A stretch of 64,000 bases of DNA from an uncultured Verrucomicrobiae bacterium (GCA_963769025.1 CAVYKI010000006.1:32001-96000); one strand, 5' to 3'; positions 8,639 to 22,118 are shown, counted from the stretch's first letter. Notes: generated by a model not told the origin, from the sequence alone. Made by a program: numbers and translations.

Positions 8639-11444
8639 TCAGACCCAATTGATGTCGCGGTGCTCGATCCCCGCGAAATTTTCGAGGCTGATCAGCAGCG
8701 CGCGCATCGCCCGTACGAACTCGTCGGCTTCGTCCTTGATCGCATCGACCTTCCCGGCGCGCGCGGTCATCTCGAGCATTTTTGCCGCGCCCCACGCGTC
8801 GGTGGCGTTGAATGCGCCGACCATTCCCTTGAATGCGTGCGCCGCCTTCGCGATGGCGTCGGTGTCGCCGTTCTGGATACCCTGGGCGAGATCGGCGAGG
8901 AGCCGCGGTGCGTCATTTTCGCGGCAGAGGATGATGACTTCGCCGAGCATGGCCTTGTCGCCGCCGAGGTTGTCCATCAGCGCATCGGGGTCAAAGAGCG
9001 GGCGTATCGGCGCAGCGGCCGGCGGGGGTGTCGCGGGAGCTGCCTTCGCGGCGGCTGGCGGCTGAATCGGCGTGGCGGGCTCGGGCGCGACGCTGCGGAT
9101 CGGCGCCGGGAGCGGAGCGGGTGCCGGGGCTGGAGCTTTCACTTCCGGTGCGGCTGGCCGCGGGTTCAAGCGGGGATCCGGCATCGGCGCGCGTTCCTGC
9201 TGGGACTGCGCCGTCGGCGCGGAAAAGACGGCGGACGTGGGATTGGTGGAAGCGTTCTTTGCCGCCTGCGCGGCGAGGAAGGCTTCACCGGTCGCACGGT
9301 CCACGAAAAGGTGCGGGATGAGCTGCGACATCGCGCCGATGAGCTCGGGCTGCCGCACGGGTTTGGAGACGTAGCCGTCCATGCCCGACTTCACGCACTC
9401 GTCGCGGACGCCCTTCAGGACGTTCGCGCTCAGCGCGAGGATCGGCGTGCGCGTGATGCCGCGCATTTTCTCCAGCTTGCGGATCGAGGCGGATGCCTCG
9501 AAGCCGCTCAGCCTCGGCATTTGCAGATCCATGAGGATCAGGTCGAAGTCCTTTTCCTTGTACGCTTCCACGGCTTCGGCGCCGTCGTTCGCGAGGGTGA
9601 CCTTGTGGCCCCAGCCCTCGACGTTGAGCTTTGCGAGGCGCTGGTTGACGGCGTTGTCCTCGGCGATGAGCACCTCGAGCGGGCGCTGCTCCGGCACGTT
9701 GCCGTTCTTCGGCACGGACATTCCGGAGTCCTTCTTCTGATCCTCGAGCGCCTTCGCGACGGCCATGCGCAGCGAGCGCGCGGTGACGGGCTTGATGAGC
9801 GTGGCGCGGATGGCCGCGTGCTGGTAGCGATCCATCTCGCCGAGGCGCGTGGAGGAAACAAGGAGGACGACGCGCGTGGAGGCGAGTTCCGGGTAGGTGT
9901 CGATCGCGGATGCGAGCTTCACGCCGGGGCTCTCAGGCCGCACGGCATCGGCGACGAAGAGATCGTAGGGCTGGCCCTGCGCCTTGGCGCCGCGCAGCTC
10001 GCTGAGCGCGCTGGTCACGTCGCGCACGGTGCGCGCATGCATCTGCCAGTTGTTCAGCAATTCGGCGGTGATGCGCAGGCTGTTCGGATGCGCGTCGAGG
10101 ACGAGGACGCGCAGGCCGCGGAAAGCCGCCACGGTGACGTCCTCCTTCGGTTCCTCCGCGTGCCGGTAGGTGAATTTCGCCGTGAAGCGGAACACGCTGC
10201 CGCGGCCCACTTCGCTTTCCACCTTCACGTCGCCGCCCATCAGCTGCACGAGCTGCTGCGTGATGGCGAGGCCGAGGCCCGTGCCGCCGAAGCGCCGCGT
10301 GGTCGAATAGTCCGCCTGGTTGAACGCCTGGAAAATCGTCCCGACCCGATCGGCGGGAATGCCGATGCCGGTGTCGGTGATGCTGAACGCGAGCTCCGCG
10401 TTGCCATCCACCCAGCGCGAATTCTCGACGCGGACGATGATCTCGCCGCGCTCGGTGAACTTGAGCGAATTGCCGACGAGATTGACGATGACCTGGCGCA
10501 GGCGGTGCGGGTCGCCGACGACGATGTCCGGCACCTCGGGGCGGATGTGCAGCAGAAGTTCGATGCCCTTGTTCTGGGCGCGCGGCGCGAGCGTGGTCAC
10601 GGTCTCGCCGAGCAGTTCGCGGAGGCTGAATTCCGTGCGCTCCAGGTCCAGCTTGCCGGCTTCGATCTTGGAAAAATCGAGCACGTCATTCAGCAGCGCG
10701 AGCAGCGAGTCGGCGCACGAGTTGATCGTCTCGAGGTAGTCGCGCTGGCCGGGAGTCAGCTCCGTCTGGAGGGACAGCTCGGTCATGCCGATGATGCCGT
10801 TCACCGGCGTGCGGATCTCGTGGCTCATCACGGCGAGGAATTCGCGCTTGGCGATGTTCGCCTCGCCGGCCTTGAACGCGAAGGATTTCACCTGCTCGCT
10901 CGCCTTTTCGAGCTGCTCGTTCATGCTGAGCAGGTCGCGGTTGTTCATCATCAGCCGCTCGCGATCGCGCCGGCTCACATCGACGACGCGGCTGAAAGCC
11001 TCGGCCAGTTCGCCGATTTCGTCGCTCGCGTGCGGGGAAGGCCAGATCCTCGCGTTTTCCCTCCGCGACCAGCGCGGCCTGCAGCGAGAGTTCGCGAATC
11101 GAGCGGGTCGTCCCGAGCACCATCTGGATCGCGACGAAAACGCCGCCGACAAGCCCGGCGCCGCCGCCGAGGAGCAGAAGTTGGGATGTCCTTTCGGAAA
11201 GGTCGGCGTAGCGCATTCCGAACGCTGCGACCGCGATCACGACATTCGGGATGATGAGCGCGAGCGCCGCGAGGAGCAGCCGTTGCCGCACGCCCAGGCG
11301 TACGCCCACACTTTCGCGGACGTCGTCGGCGGGACGCGGCGCGATCGCGGGAAGAAGGTCGTCCGGTGAGAACGAGTTCTTCCGGCGGTTCTTGGCCAGC
11401 TGGGGTTGTGGTTGGCTTGGCAGGACTACGGTGGGCACAGCCAT
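8639..11444 (-). CDS. Hybrid sensor histidine kinase (2 TM-HAMP-HisKA-HATPase-REC-REC-Hpt), indels near 11050
   Basis: [53 protein letters not shown]-terminus in ORF 10686..12014. Confidence 0.92.
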
Positions 11445-11570
11445 CCTGCAAAAGCAAACGGCGCGCCACATTTGCGCGTGAGGCCGCCCCTGATGCACTC
11501 CCTCGGGGCGAAACATCCGCTTTGCGAATCGCAGCCGCGTCCCTATCGTGCGCGTCCAGTCTGACACCTC

Positions 11571-12969
11571 ATGCCCAATCCTCCTGAAAAGCCGGCGACG
11601 CCCGGCGCGGTCCTGCTCATCGGCAATTACACCCAGGCGTCGCAACGCCACGAGGCCGCGAGCCTGCTGGAGGAACTGGCCGACCTCGTGAAGACGCTCG
11701 GCCTCCCGATCGCGGCCTGCGAACTCGTTCAGCACCGCGAGATGCACGCTCGATATCTCATCGGCAGCGGAAAGGCGGAGGCGATCGCGGAACGGGCGAA
11801 GGCGGAGAAACTCGGGGGCATCGTCTTCGATCACGATCTGTCGCCGAGCCAGCAGCGGAACTGGGAGGAACTCGCCGGCATGCCGGTCATCGACCGGCAA
11901 AAGGTGATCCTCGATATTTTCGCCCGCCGCGCCCGGACCCGCGAGGCGCGGCTGCAGATCGAGCTCGCGCAGATCGAATACGCGCTGCCGCGGCTCACCG
12001 GCGCGTGGACCCACCTCGGCGGCCGCATGGGCGGCATCGGCGGAAAGGGCGAGGGCGAGAGCCAGCTCGAGCAGGATCGCCGCCGCATGGGCCGCACGGT
12101 CGCGCAGCTCAAGCGCGAACTGGTCGAGGTGCAGAGCGCGCGCGCCACGCAGCGGAAGGATCGCCAGCGCACGCCGGTGCCGAATTGCGCCATCGTCGGC
12201 TACACGAACTCCGGCAAATCCTCACTGCTCCGTCGGCTGACCGGCGCGGATGTGCTCGTCGAGGACAAGCTCTTCGCGACGCTCGACACGACGACGCGGA
12301 AGGTCGCGCTGCCCTCGAAGCAGCCGCTGCTGCTCACCGACACCGTCGGCTTCGTCCGCAAGCTTCCGCACCGGCTTGTCGAGGCGTTCAAGGCCACGCT
12401 CGAAGAGGCGGTGCAGGCGGATTTTCTCATCCATCTGCTCGACGCGAGCGCGCCCGAGGTCATCGAGTTTCACCAGACGACGCTCGACGTGCTGCACGAA
12501 CTCGGTGCCGGCTCGCAGCCGGTGATCACGGTCTTCAACAAGGTGGACAAGGTCGCCGACCCGGCGACGATCCACCGCCTGCGCGTGCATTTTCCCGAGG
12601 CGCTCTTCATCTCCGTCCACACGGGCGAGGGGATTCCCGTGCTGCTGGAAAGAATGACCGAACTCGCCGCGCCCGGCACCGTCACGCGTGAGTTGCGGAT
12701 TCCCGTCCGCCGAGGCCAGCCTGCTCGCGCGGCTGCACCGCGAGGCGCAGGTGCATGAAATCACCTACGACGGCGGCGATTCGCTGGTGACCGTCACGCT
12801 TTCCAAGCGTTTCGCCGAGGAGTGCGCGCGGTTTGTCCAGCAGCCCACGCCCGCGGCCAAATCCCGCAAGAAATCCGCGGGCGATAACGTTTTTCGGGAC
12901 ATTGGGCCCGGAAAAAGCTATCGCAAAGCTGCGTCCACCAAAATGCGTAAAGCCCAACCACGCGCATGA
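11571..12969 (+). CDS. hflX: GTPase HflX (indel near 12710; exact 3' end uncertain)
   Basis: LSPSQQRNWE, ILDIFARRART, GYTNSGKSS, LFATLD, DTVGF, NKVD. Confidence 0.93.
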
Positions 12970-15900
12970 GTTTCCTCGACCGTTTCAAGCGAAAGCCGAA
13001 TCCGGAGGAACCCGTCGCGCCCATTCCGGAGCAGAAAAAAACCGAGCCCGCGAAGAGCCCCGCCCCTACGAAAGGCTCCGCTGCCGGCCAGCCGGCTGCC
13101 CAGAAGACTCCGCCGGCCGCGGATGAGGTCCGCCTCGAACTTGGTGACTTCCTTCACCGCATCCCTGCGCAGCTCCTCCTGCCCGGGCCGCACGATCTGA
13201 AGACCGAGCTGAGGTTCGACATCCCCGAACTTTCGCAACGGATTGCGAGGGGCGAGACCATGCTCAACCTCGCTGAGATTTACCGCAGGTTGCCGCAGAT
13301 TTTCCGCTCCGAGGTGCTCGAGGGCGACAATGTCGAGATCCGCTTCCCTTGGCAGAAAATCGCGAAGCTCGTGACCAACGTGAAGAGCACCTCCGGCGGT
13401 GCCGTGACCGAGCAGCCTTCCGCCGAGGGCGCCGGACCCGCGCTCGCGGAGAAGCTTCGCGCGAACAAGCCGGCCAAGCCGGGCGCGAAGACCGGGAAAG
13501 ATGCGCCCGCTGCTCCGCCGCCTGCGCCTGCGGGCCCGGTGCTGCCGGGACGCGGAGGCGCGGGGCAGGCCTCGTGGTTCTCGCGGACCGGAACTGACAA
13601 GCCATTGGAAAAGTCGCCGCAGTTTCCCGCACAAAAACCGGCCGCGCCGGATGCGGGAGCGACGCCTGCACCTGCCGCAGCAGCGGCAAAGCCAGCCGAG
13701 CCAGCGCTCCGCCTCACGCCGGCGGCGGCTCCTGCCGAGAAGCCCGCGGCAACCAAGGACGATTTGCAGCTCAGCGATCTGCCCGAGGACATCCAGCGCC
13801 GGGTGGCGGTGATCCGCGGCGATTACGAGCGGCAGCTCGCGGATCTGGAAAAGCAGCGCAAGGCGCTGGCCGAGGCGCGCGACCGCTCCGCGGAGGAGGC
13901 GGAGAATTTGCGCAGGGATCTCGAGAATGCCGTGAACCAGGTCGCGGAGGGCAACACCGCCGTGTCCATTCGCGCCGACCTCGCAGGCCGCGCGAACAAG
14001 GAGCGCGAGAAGATGCAGGAGGAGCTGAAGGCGAAGCACGACGAGATCGATCGGCTCAAGGGCGAGCTCGCGAAATTTGAAAGCGCCCCGCAGGCCCCCG
14101 TGGTGGCGCCGGGCGCGCGCACGAAAGGCGGGTCCGATCGCGCGGTGGAGGAACTCAACCGCCGCATCAAGGCCCTCGAGCAAACCCAGAAGCAGACCGC
14201 GCTGGAACTCGCACGCGAAAAGGAAGCGCGTTCGAAGGCGGAAAAATTTCTCGCCTCCGCCGACAAGCGGCAGGAGGACACCGCGAACTACATGGAGTCC
14301 GCGAAGCAGGAGATGCGGAAGGAGATCGAGGCGAGCGTCAAGCAGCGCGAAGCCGACATGCGCAAGGCGCTGAAGGATCTCCAGACGGAGGTGGACGCGC
14401 TCCAGGAACACAACGAGACCGTCAACAAGGACCTTGAGGCGGCCCGCCTGCGCGCCGCGCAACTCGAAGTGAAATTTGCCGACGCATCCGCGCCGGTGGA
14501 GCAGACGGCGGCGCTCCACGCCCAGACGGTGGAGCGGCTGGAGAAGGAAATCGAAGGCTACCGCGATCGCCTGAAGCTGCTCGTGCAGGAGCGCGATGCC
14601 GCCCGCGTGGAAAAGGAAAAGGCCGGTCGGGAAGTGCAGGCGAAGATCGACGCGGAGGCGAAGCAGGCCAAGGAGCGCGAGAAGGAGCGGGCCGCGGCCG
14701 AAAAACGGATCGAGGAAGCCGCGGCGCGTGTCGCATCGCTCGAGCAGCTCGCAAAGGCGAAGGATGGGGAGATTCGCGAGCTTCAGGGTGCGATCAAACA
14801 GCGCGACGCGGCCGGCAACCAGCTTGCCGAGCTGCGCGGGCAATACGACGCGCTGCAGGCGCAGCATGCGGAGGCTCATTCGCAGTTCACCCGCGAGCGC
14901 GAGGCGATCCTCCAGGAGCGGCAGCAGCTCGCGGGAACGCTGCGCGAGCAGACCGCCTCGCTCGAGCAGCAGCTCAAGGCGCTCGTCGTCGAGCGCGATC
15001 GCCTGCGCGGCGAGATGGAAGCCGGCAGCGTCCGTTTCAACACCGAGATCACGGGGCGCGAGCAGCTCGCGGCGAAGATCCAGGCGGAGCACGCCGCGGC
15101 GATCCATGCGCGCGACACGCTCACGAAGCAGCTCGCCGAGTCCGAGCGCGCATTCAAGGATTTGCAAAAGCAGAACGCCCGTCTCGCAAAAGCGGGTCAG
15201 GGGCTGCTGGCGGACCCGGTTCTGAAATCGGAGCTCGACCAGCTCCGCAAGCAGCTCGCCGCCGCCAACGAAGCCGAAAAGGTCGCGGCGGAGGCGCAGC
15301 AGGCGGCGGAATCCGAACTCGCGCGTCTTCGCGAGGAGCGCCAGAACGCGCTGGCCGGCGTGGCCGAGGAGCGAGCCACCTCCGAACGCCTCGAAGGCCA
15401 GATGGCGAAGGTGCAGGCCGAACTTGCGAAGCTGCGGAACAAGCTCGACAACGTGACGCGCGAGCGCGACGAGGCCGAGACGGAGATGCAGCGGGTGGCC
15501 ATTGCGCTTGCAGCGCTGGAGAAATCCGGAAAACAGGACATCACCAAGCTCACTGCGGAACGCGACGCGGCGCGGAAGGAAAAGGATCTGATCGCGGAAC
15601 AGCTCGCCGAGGCACGCGCGCACCACGAGCATCTGAGCGGATCGCTGGACAGCACGCGCCTGTCGCTGGTCACCGAGGTCGAGAAAACGCAGGACAAGCT
15701 CGCGAACTGTGCAGCGCCTGCATGAGCAGACGGAATCCCAGCTCGCCGCGGAGCGCGAGGAGCACGCGGAGAAACTGGCGGCGCTCCAGACGAAGCACGG
15801 GCAGTCGCAGGAAAGTTTTTCCTCGGAGCTCGAGAAAATCCGCAAGGAGCTCGCGGGCGCGTACGCGAAGATCGCGTCGAGCGAACAGACCCTTTCGGAC

Positions 15901-18900
15901 ACGACCCGCTCGGCCAATCAGGAGCGTGCGGCGCTGTTGAAGGAGAAGGCGGAAATCGAGCGGCGTGTCGCGGAACTCCAGAAGGCGATGACGGAGGCCG
16001 GACGCAGGGCCGGCGAGCAGGAAAAGGTGCTGAGGGCCGCCGTGGAGGAGATGGAACAGCGTCTGGCAAACACGGAGCGCACCCTTTCCGAGGCAAGGCG
16101 TGCGTCGGACGCGGAGCGGGCCGCGCAGGCGAAGGCGAAGGCCGAACTCGAGCGCCAGTTGGCCGAGACGCAGGGTGCCTTCGAGGAGGCGCAGCACGCG
16201 GCGCAGAGCCAGCACGCATCGCTTTCTTCCGAGCGGGATGAACTCCTCACCCGGCTGGAGTCCACGCTCCGCGCGCTGGAGGAGACGAAGCATTCCGCCG
16301 ATCAGGAAAATTTTGTCCTTTCGCAGCAGCGGGGCGAACTCGAGCGCAAGCTCGCCGAGGCGGAGGCCGCCCACGCGGAGGCCGTCCGCGCTGCCGACGA
16401 GGAGATGGCCGGGATCATCGAGGCGAAGGAGGAGCTGGAAGTGCGGCTCCTCGAGACGAACCAGACGATCGAGCACGAGCGCCACGCCGCCGAAGCCGCG
16501 AAGGCGGAACTCGAGCGCAAGCTCACGGCACTGACCGAAGCCTCGGCCGAGGTAAAGCGCGTCGCCGCCGAGGAACACGCAGCGCTTCAGGCGAACCTTC
16601 AGGATGTCCTCAAGACGCTCGACGAATCCCGTCGTGCCGCGCAGGAGGCGCAGAACGCCATCACCGCCGAGAAGGCCGAATTCGAGAGGCGGCTTGCGGA
16701 AACCGAGAAGGCGCTGGCCGAGGCCAAGCGGCAATCGGCGGAGGAATACGCGTCACTTTCCAAGAAGCACGATGAACTGAAGGCGAACCTCCAGGAGGTC
16801 ACCGCCGCTTTTGATGAAGCGCGCCGCACCGCGCGGGAGGAGCAGGCCGCGATGGCCGCGGAGAAGGCCGAGCTTACGCGGCGGCTCGCGGAGACCGAAA
16901 AAGAGCTGGCCGAGACCACGAGAGAGTCGGCTGAGAAGTATGCGGCGCTTTTCAAGAAGCACGAGGAGCTGGCGGGCAATCTGCAGTACGTCACGGAGGC
17001 GTTTGAGGAATCCCGGCGCAACGCGGAGAAGGCGCAGAGTGCCCTTGTCGCGGAAAAGGCCGCTCTCGAGAAGCGAGTGATCGAGGGTGAAAGCCTGCTG
17101 GCCGAGACGAAGCGGGTCGCGGGCGAGGAGTACGACGCGCTTTCCAAGGCGAAGAAGGAGCTGCAGGAACGGCTCGCGGAGAGCGTCCAGAGCCTCGTGG
17201 AAATCCGGCGGGCCGCGGCCGAGGAAGTCACCGCGCTGAATCACGCGAAGGCCGAGCTCGAGCACCGTCTTGCGGATGTCGAAAAGGCATTCGCGGAGGC
17301 GCAGCTCGCGGCTTCGGAAAAATACGAGGCGATCGCGGCGGAAAAGGCCGCGATTGAAGCGCGTTTCGAACAGACCGAGAAGGCGCTGACGGAATTGCGT
17401 GCGGAATCGACGCAGACGCAGGAAAGCCTGTCATCCGCGAAGGCCGGGCTGGAGCAGGCGCTCGCGGAAGCGCAACGCAAGGCTGCGGAGGAACGGAAGA
17501 CTTTTGAGGGGCTGAAGGCCGCGCTGCAGGGGCGGCTCGCCGAGCAGGAACATTCGCTGCAGGAGCTGAATGCGACCACGCGGCACGAAATCAACCAGCT
17601 CGCCGCGGAGAAGGCGGAACTGGAGCGTCACCTCGCCTCGACCGAGCAGACGCTCGCCGACACGCGGCTGACGACGGACAAGGAACACGCCGCGCTGGCC
17701 GCGACGAAGGGCCAGCTCGAAGAGCAGCTCGGCGAGACGGAGCGGACGCTGGCGGATGTCCGCAGGAGTGCGGCCGAGGAACACGGTGCGCTCACGGCGG
17801 CGAGGGACGGATTCCAGCGCAAGCTCGCGGAGACCGAGCACGCCCTCGCGGAGGCGCAGCGGCTGGCCGCCGATGAGCACACGGCGCTCGTCGCGGCGAA
17901 GGAAGATTTGCAGCACCGGCTCACCGCGACGGAGAGCAGCCTCATCGAGGCCCGCCGTCTCGCGGCGGAGCAGCATGGGACGCTTTCCGCGGAGCGGGAC
18001 GAATTGCAACGGCGGCTGGGGGAAACGGAAATCGCACTCGCGGCGGTCCGCGGGGAAATGGCGGCCGCGATGCGGGCAGCGGAAGAGCGGCATTCGCAGA
18101 TCGCGGGCGAAAAGGCGGATCTCGAGCAACGTCTCGCGGCCTCCGCTCAATTGCTCACGGACACGCGGCAGGCGTCGGAACAGGAGCACGCGGCGCTGGT
18201 GGCAGCGAGGGATGCCTTGCAGCGCCGGTTCAGCGAGACCGAGAGCGACCTCGCCGAGGTGCGACGTCTCGCGACGGAGGAACACGGCGCGCTTTCCGCG
18301 CAGAGGGACGCCCTGCAGCGGCGCATCGGCGAGATGGAGATCACGCTCGTCGAGGCGAACCGTGACGCCACAGAGCATCAGGCGACGCTTGCAGCCAGGG
18401 TGGGCGAACTTCAGTCCCAGCTCGCGGCGAGCCGGCATGAACTCTCGGTGGCGAGGCAGTCCACCGGCGCTGAGATCACCGCGCTTGGGGCGGCAAAGTC
18501 GGATTTGGAAAAGAACCTCGCGCAAGTCCGCGAGGAGATGGCGAACTCGGCGCGGGCGATGGATGAGCGGAACGCGCTCCTCGCGGCCGAAAAGACGGAC
18601 CTCGAGCAGCGACTCGCTGCGACGACGCAAGTGCTCGCGGAAACTCGGCAGGCATCGGAAAGCGGACACGCGGCGTTGGTGGCGGTCAGGGACGAATTGC
18701 AGCGCCGGCTGGGCGAAACCGAGGGCAGGCTCGCCGATGCGCACCGGGCCGCTGCGGAGCAAAAGGCGACATTCGAAGGCAAGGCTGGCGAGCTCGAGTC
18801 GCAGCTTGCAGCGAGCAGGGCGGAACTTTCCGGAACCCAGCACGCGCTCGGCGGGGAGATCGCGGAACTGTCGGCGGCAAAGACAGGATTGGAGAGGACG

Positions 18901-21618
18901 CTACAGCAGGTTCGCGATGAGATCGCGCTCTCGGGCCGCGAGATGGATGAACGGTATTCGCAGCTCGCGGAAGCGAAGGCGGGCATCGAGCAGGCGCTCG
19001 CCGCGGCGGAGCGGAAGGCCGCGGAGGATCGCAAGGGATTCGACGGGCTGAAGGCCGCGCTGCAGCGCCGTCTCGCCGACCACGAGGAGTCGCTGAACGA
19101 ACTCACGGAGATCACGAGGAGCGAAATCAATCAGCTTTCCGCGCAAAGGGCGGAACTCGAAACGCGCCTGGCTTCCACGGAGCAGTTGCTCGCCGACACG
19201 AGGCTGACAACCGGCGCGGAGCAATCCGCCCTGGCCGCCACGAAGGGTGAACTGGAGACGCGCCTTGCCGAGACGGAGCGGACGCTGGCCGAGGTCCGCA
19301 GGAGCGCGGCGGAGGAACGTGGCGCCATTTCCGCGCAGCGGGATGAACTGCAGCGGCGGATCGGCGAACTGGAGGGCGCCGTCGCCGAGTCGAACCGGAT
19401 CGCAGCGGAGCAACGGGCCAAGCTCGAAGGCACGACTCGCGAACTCGAGGCGCAGGTCGAGTCTGGCCGTCAGGAACTCGTCGCGGCGAGAGACGCACTC
19501 GGCGGGGAAATTTCCGCGCTCAGCGCGGCAAAGGCGGATCTGGAGAAGAGCCTCGCGCAGGTCCGCGATGAGCTGGCGCTTTCCGGGCGCGGGATGGACG
19601 AGCAAAATTCGCAGCTCACGGAAGCGAAGAACGCGATCGAGCAGCGGCTCGCGGAGACAAGCCGGACGCTGGCCGAGACGCAGCAGGCGCTCGAAGCGAC
19701 GCGCGGGGAGCTGGCGGATTCGCGGCGGCAGATCGACGAGGGACAGGCGCGGCTCACGGCGGTGAGGACGGAATTCCAGCGGCGGCTGGCCGATGCCGAG
19801 CACACGCTCACGGACCTGAACCGTTCCGCTCGGGAGGAAATCGCGGCGCTCGTGGCATCGAAGGAGGAGCTCGAGATCCGCCTCACGGAAGCCAGCCTCG
19901 CGATAGGGAATGCACAGGTGGCTGCGGACAGGGAACGCGCGTCCTTGGTCGCGGAAACGGAATCGCTGCATCGCAATCTTGCAGAATTGCAGGAGGCGCT
20001 CGCCACGACGCAGCAGACCGCGACCGGCCGGACTTCCGAGCTGACGGCGACGAAGGGCGAACTGGAAACGCGACTCGCGGCGTTGCAGAGCGCGTTCGAT
20101 GCTTCCAGGCAGAGTTTTGCCATGGAGATTGCCGGGCTTGTCGCCGCTAAGTCGGAGCTCGAGCGAAATCTCGCGGAGTCGCACCAAGCGCTCGCGCAGG
20201 CGCAGATGGCAGGCGGCGCACACTCAGAACTAGAAAGCCGTCTGGCTGCGACAGGCGGGCAGCTTTCTGCGATGCAGCAGCGCCTGGAGGAAGCCACGCG
20301 TGCTGCTGAGGAGGAACGTGCCGCCTTTGCCACGCAAAAGTCCGCGCTCGAAGATCGCCTTCAGGGCGCGATCCTCACGCTCGAGGAAGTTCGCAAATCG
20401 GCTGCCGGTGCCCAGGCCGCGCTCGCCGCCGACCGGGACGGAATCCAGCGCCGGCTCATGGCCGCCGAGGAGACGCTTGCGGAACTTCGCAATTCGTCTG
20501 ACACCGGCCGGGCTACCCTCCTCGCTGAAAAGGCGGACATCGAATCGCAGCTCGCGCAGGCATTGCTCGCCACCGCCGAAGCGGAGGCCCGTCTGCAGGC
20601 TGCCGCCGGGGCCGAGTCCCTCACGGCAGCCGTCCGCGCGGAGCGGGACCGCGCCGTGGCGGCGCTCGATGAATCGCAGCGCAGTTTCCGTGAAACCATC
20701 GCCGCCAATGCGCGCGAGACGGAGCACCTTCGCATGGCAGCCGACAGCATCCGGGCCGAACTCCTCGTCTCGCGCAAGATGCAGGTGGAGGTCCTGACCA
20801 CGCTCGAAAAGGAACGCGAACGCACCGCCGCCGAGCGGGCCGAACTCGAGCGGAACCTCGCCGCGGTGGATGACGCCCGGCAGCAGCTTTCCGCGGCGCT
20901 GGCCGAGAGCGAGCGCTCCGTGAAGGACCTCGGCCAAAAGCTCGGCGAGGCGACCCGGAGCAACGGCCACACTGCCGAGCGGCAAAAGGCGGAACTGAAT
21001 GAGATGAGTGATGCCTTGGAAACGGCGCGCCACGAGGCCGAGCAGTTACGGATGAAATTTGGCGCGGCGCAGGATGACTTCATGCGCCGCCTGCTCGCGC
21101 TCGAGGATAAGATCAATCTGGTCAACGCCGACCGGCAGCGCGTCGCGGCCGAGGCCGAAGCCGAACGGCAGGCTCATGCGAAGGAGCTCGCCGCCGTGGC
21201 GGAAGAGGCGCGACTGGCCGCGGCCGTGCGTGATGAGGCGTTCGCAAAGGCGGAGGCCGAGCGTGTGCGCCAGGTGGAGCAGATTGCCCGCGAACTCGAA
21301 GAAGCCCGCAGTGACATCGCGGCGCTCGAGGAGGAAAACGCCGCTGCGAAGGCGGGCCGCGAGGCCGTCGCACGTCAGCGCGACGACCTCGCCCGGCGCA
21401 TCGCCCGCATCACGGACGAACAGAAGCGCATCCTTGATGACCTTTCCGAACCCGATCCTTCCGAAGCCGGTCAGCGTTCCGTGCGCCCGACCGTGGTGAA
21501 GCCGCACATCGTCGAGATGTCGGATTCGGATCTTCTGCCTTCGCAGAGGGAGCGCGTCATCAACCTGCCGCCGGCGCGGCCCGCGTCCATCGCACCCCCG
21601 AAGGTGCGGACAATCTAG
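12966..21618 (+). CDS. Giant coiled-coil protein (~2,880 aa; ORFs 12966..15725 and 15709..21618 joined across one indel)
   Basis: E/A/R/L/K-rich helical composition, nearly Pro-free over >2,000 aa, continuous across the junction; 32-residue periodicity. Confidence 0.85.
15900..20600 (+). repeat. Intragenic 96-bp (32-aa) degenerate tandem repeat array; bounds approximate
   Basis: Consecutive 32-aa units such as AAEEHGALTAARDGFQRKLAETEHALAEAQRL / AADEHTALVAAKEDLQHRLTATESSLIEARRL. Confidence 0.8.
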
Positions 21619-22089
21619 CTCCCCGATTTCGGGAGAAACGCGGCCCGGGCGGCTTCGAGCGCGGCGGACTGCACCTCGCGCAGAGTCACGCCGGCACGCT
21701 CGGCAACGGCGCGGCAGCTCTCAAACTCGGGCGCGATCTGCAGAAGGCGTGTGTCCTTGAAACCGAGCTTCACGGTCACCTCGCCGTGCGGCGGTCTTCA
21801 CCGTCTCGAATCGGCGCGTGAGTTTCAGCCGCTGGATCTTTTCGACGCGCAGCCCGAATGCGGTCGTCTCGGCAAAGATGATGTCGGCGAGCGGCTGGAT
21901 ATTTTCCTCGTCGCACAGGACCGACAGCATCACCCCGGGGCGATCCTTTTTCATCTGCACCGGCGTGAACCACACATCGAGCGCACCCGCTGCGAGGAGC
22001 TGCTGCATCACCGAGCCGAGCACCTGCGGGGAGACGTCGTCGAGGTTCGTCTCGAGCTGGGTGACCGTGTCGGTTTCGTAGCCGGGCAT
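21615..22089 (-). CDS. larC: Nickel insertion protein LarC, C-terminal part (LarC2), indel near 21790
   Basis: LETNLDD, GALDVWFTPVQMKKDRPG, TTAFGLR, then APEFESCRAVAERAGVTLREV in a shifted frame. Confidence 0.88.
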
Positions 22090-22118
22090 TGGGTGTGGCC
22101 GGTTGGGGGTGGGAAAAG

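Noticed and set aside
12918..15917. 999-aa antisense ORF, and similar ones at 8582..11254 and 60739..63039
   Set aside because: Shadow frames of high-GC genes with no recognisable motifs.
12966..21618. SMC/SbcC or phage tape-measure assignment
   Set aside because: No Walker motifs, hinge or TM segments, and no phage genes nearby.
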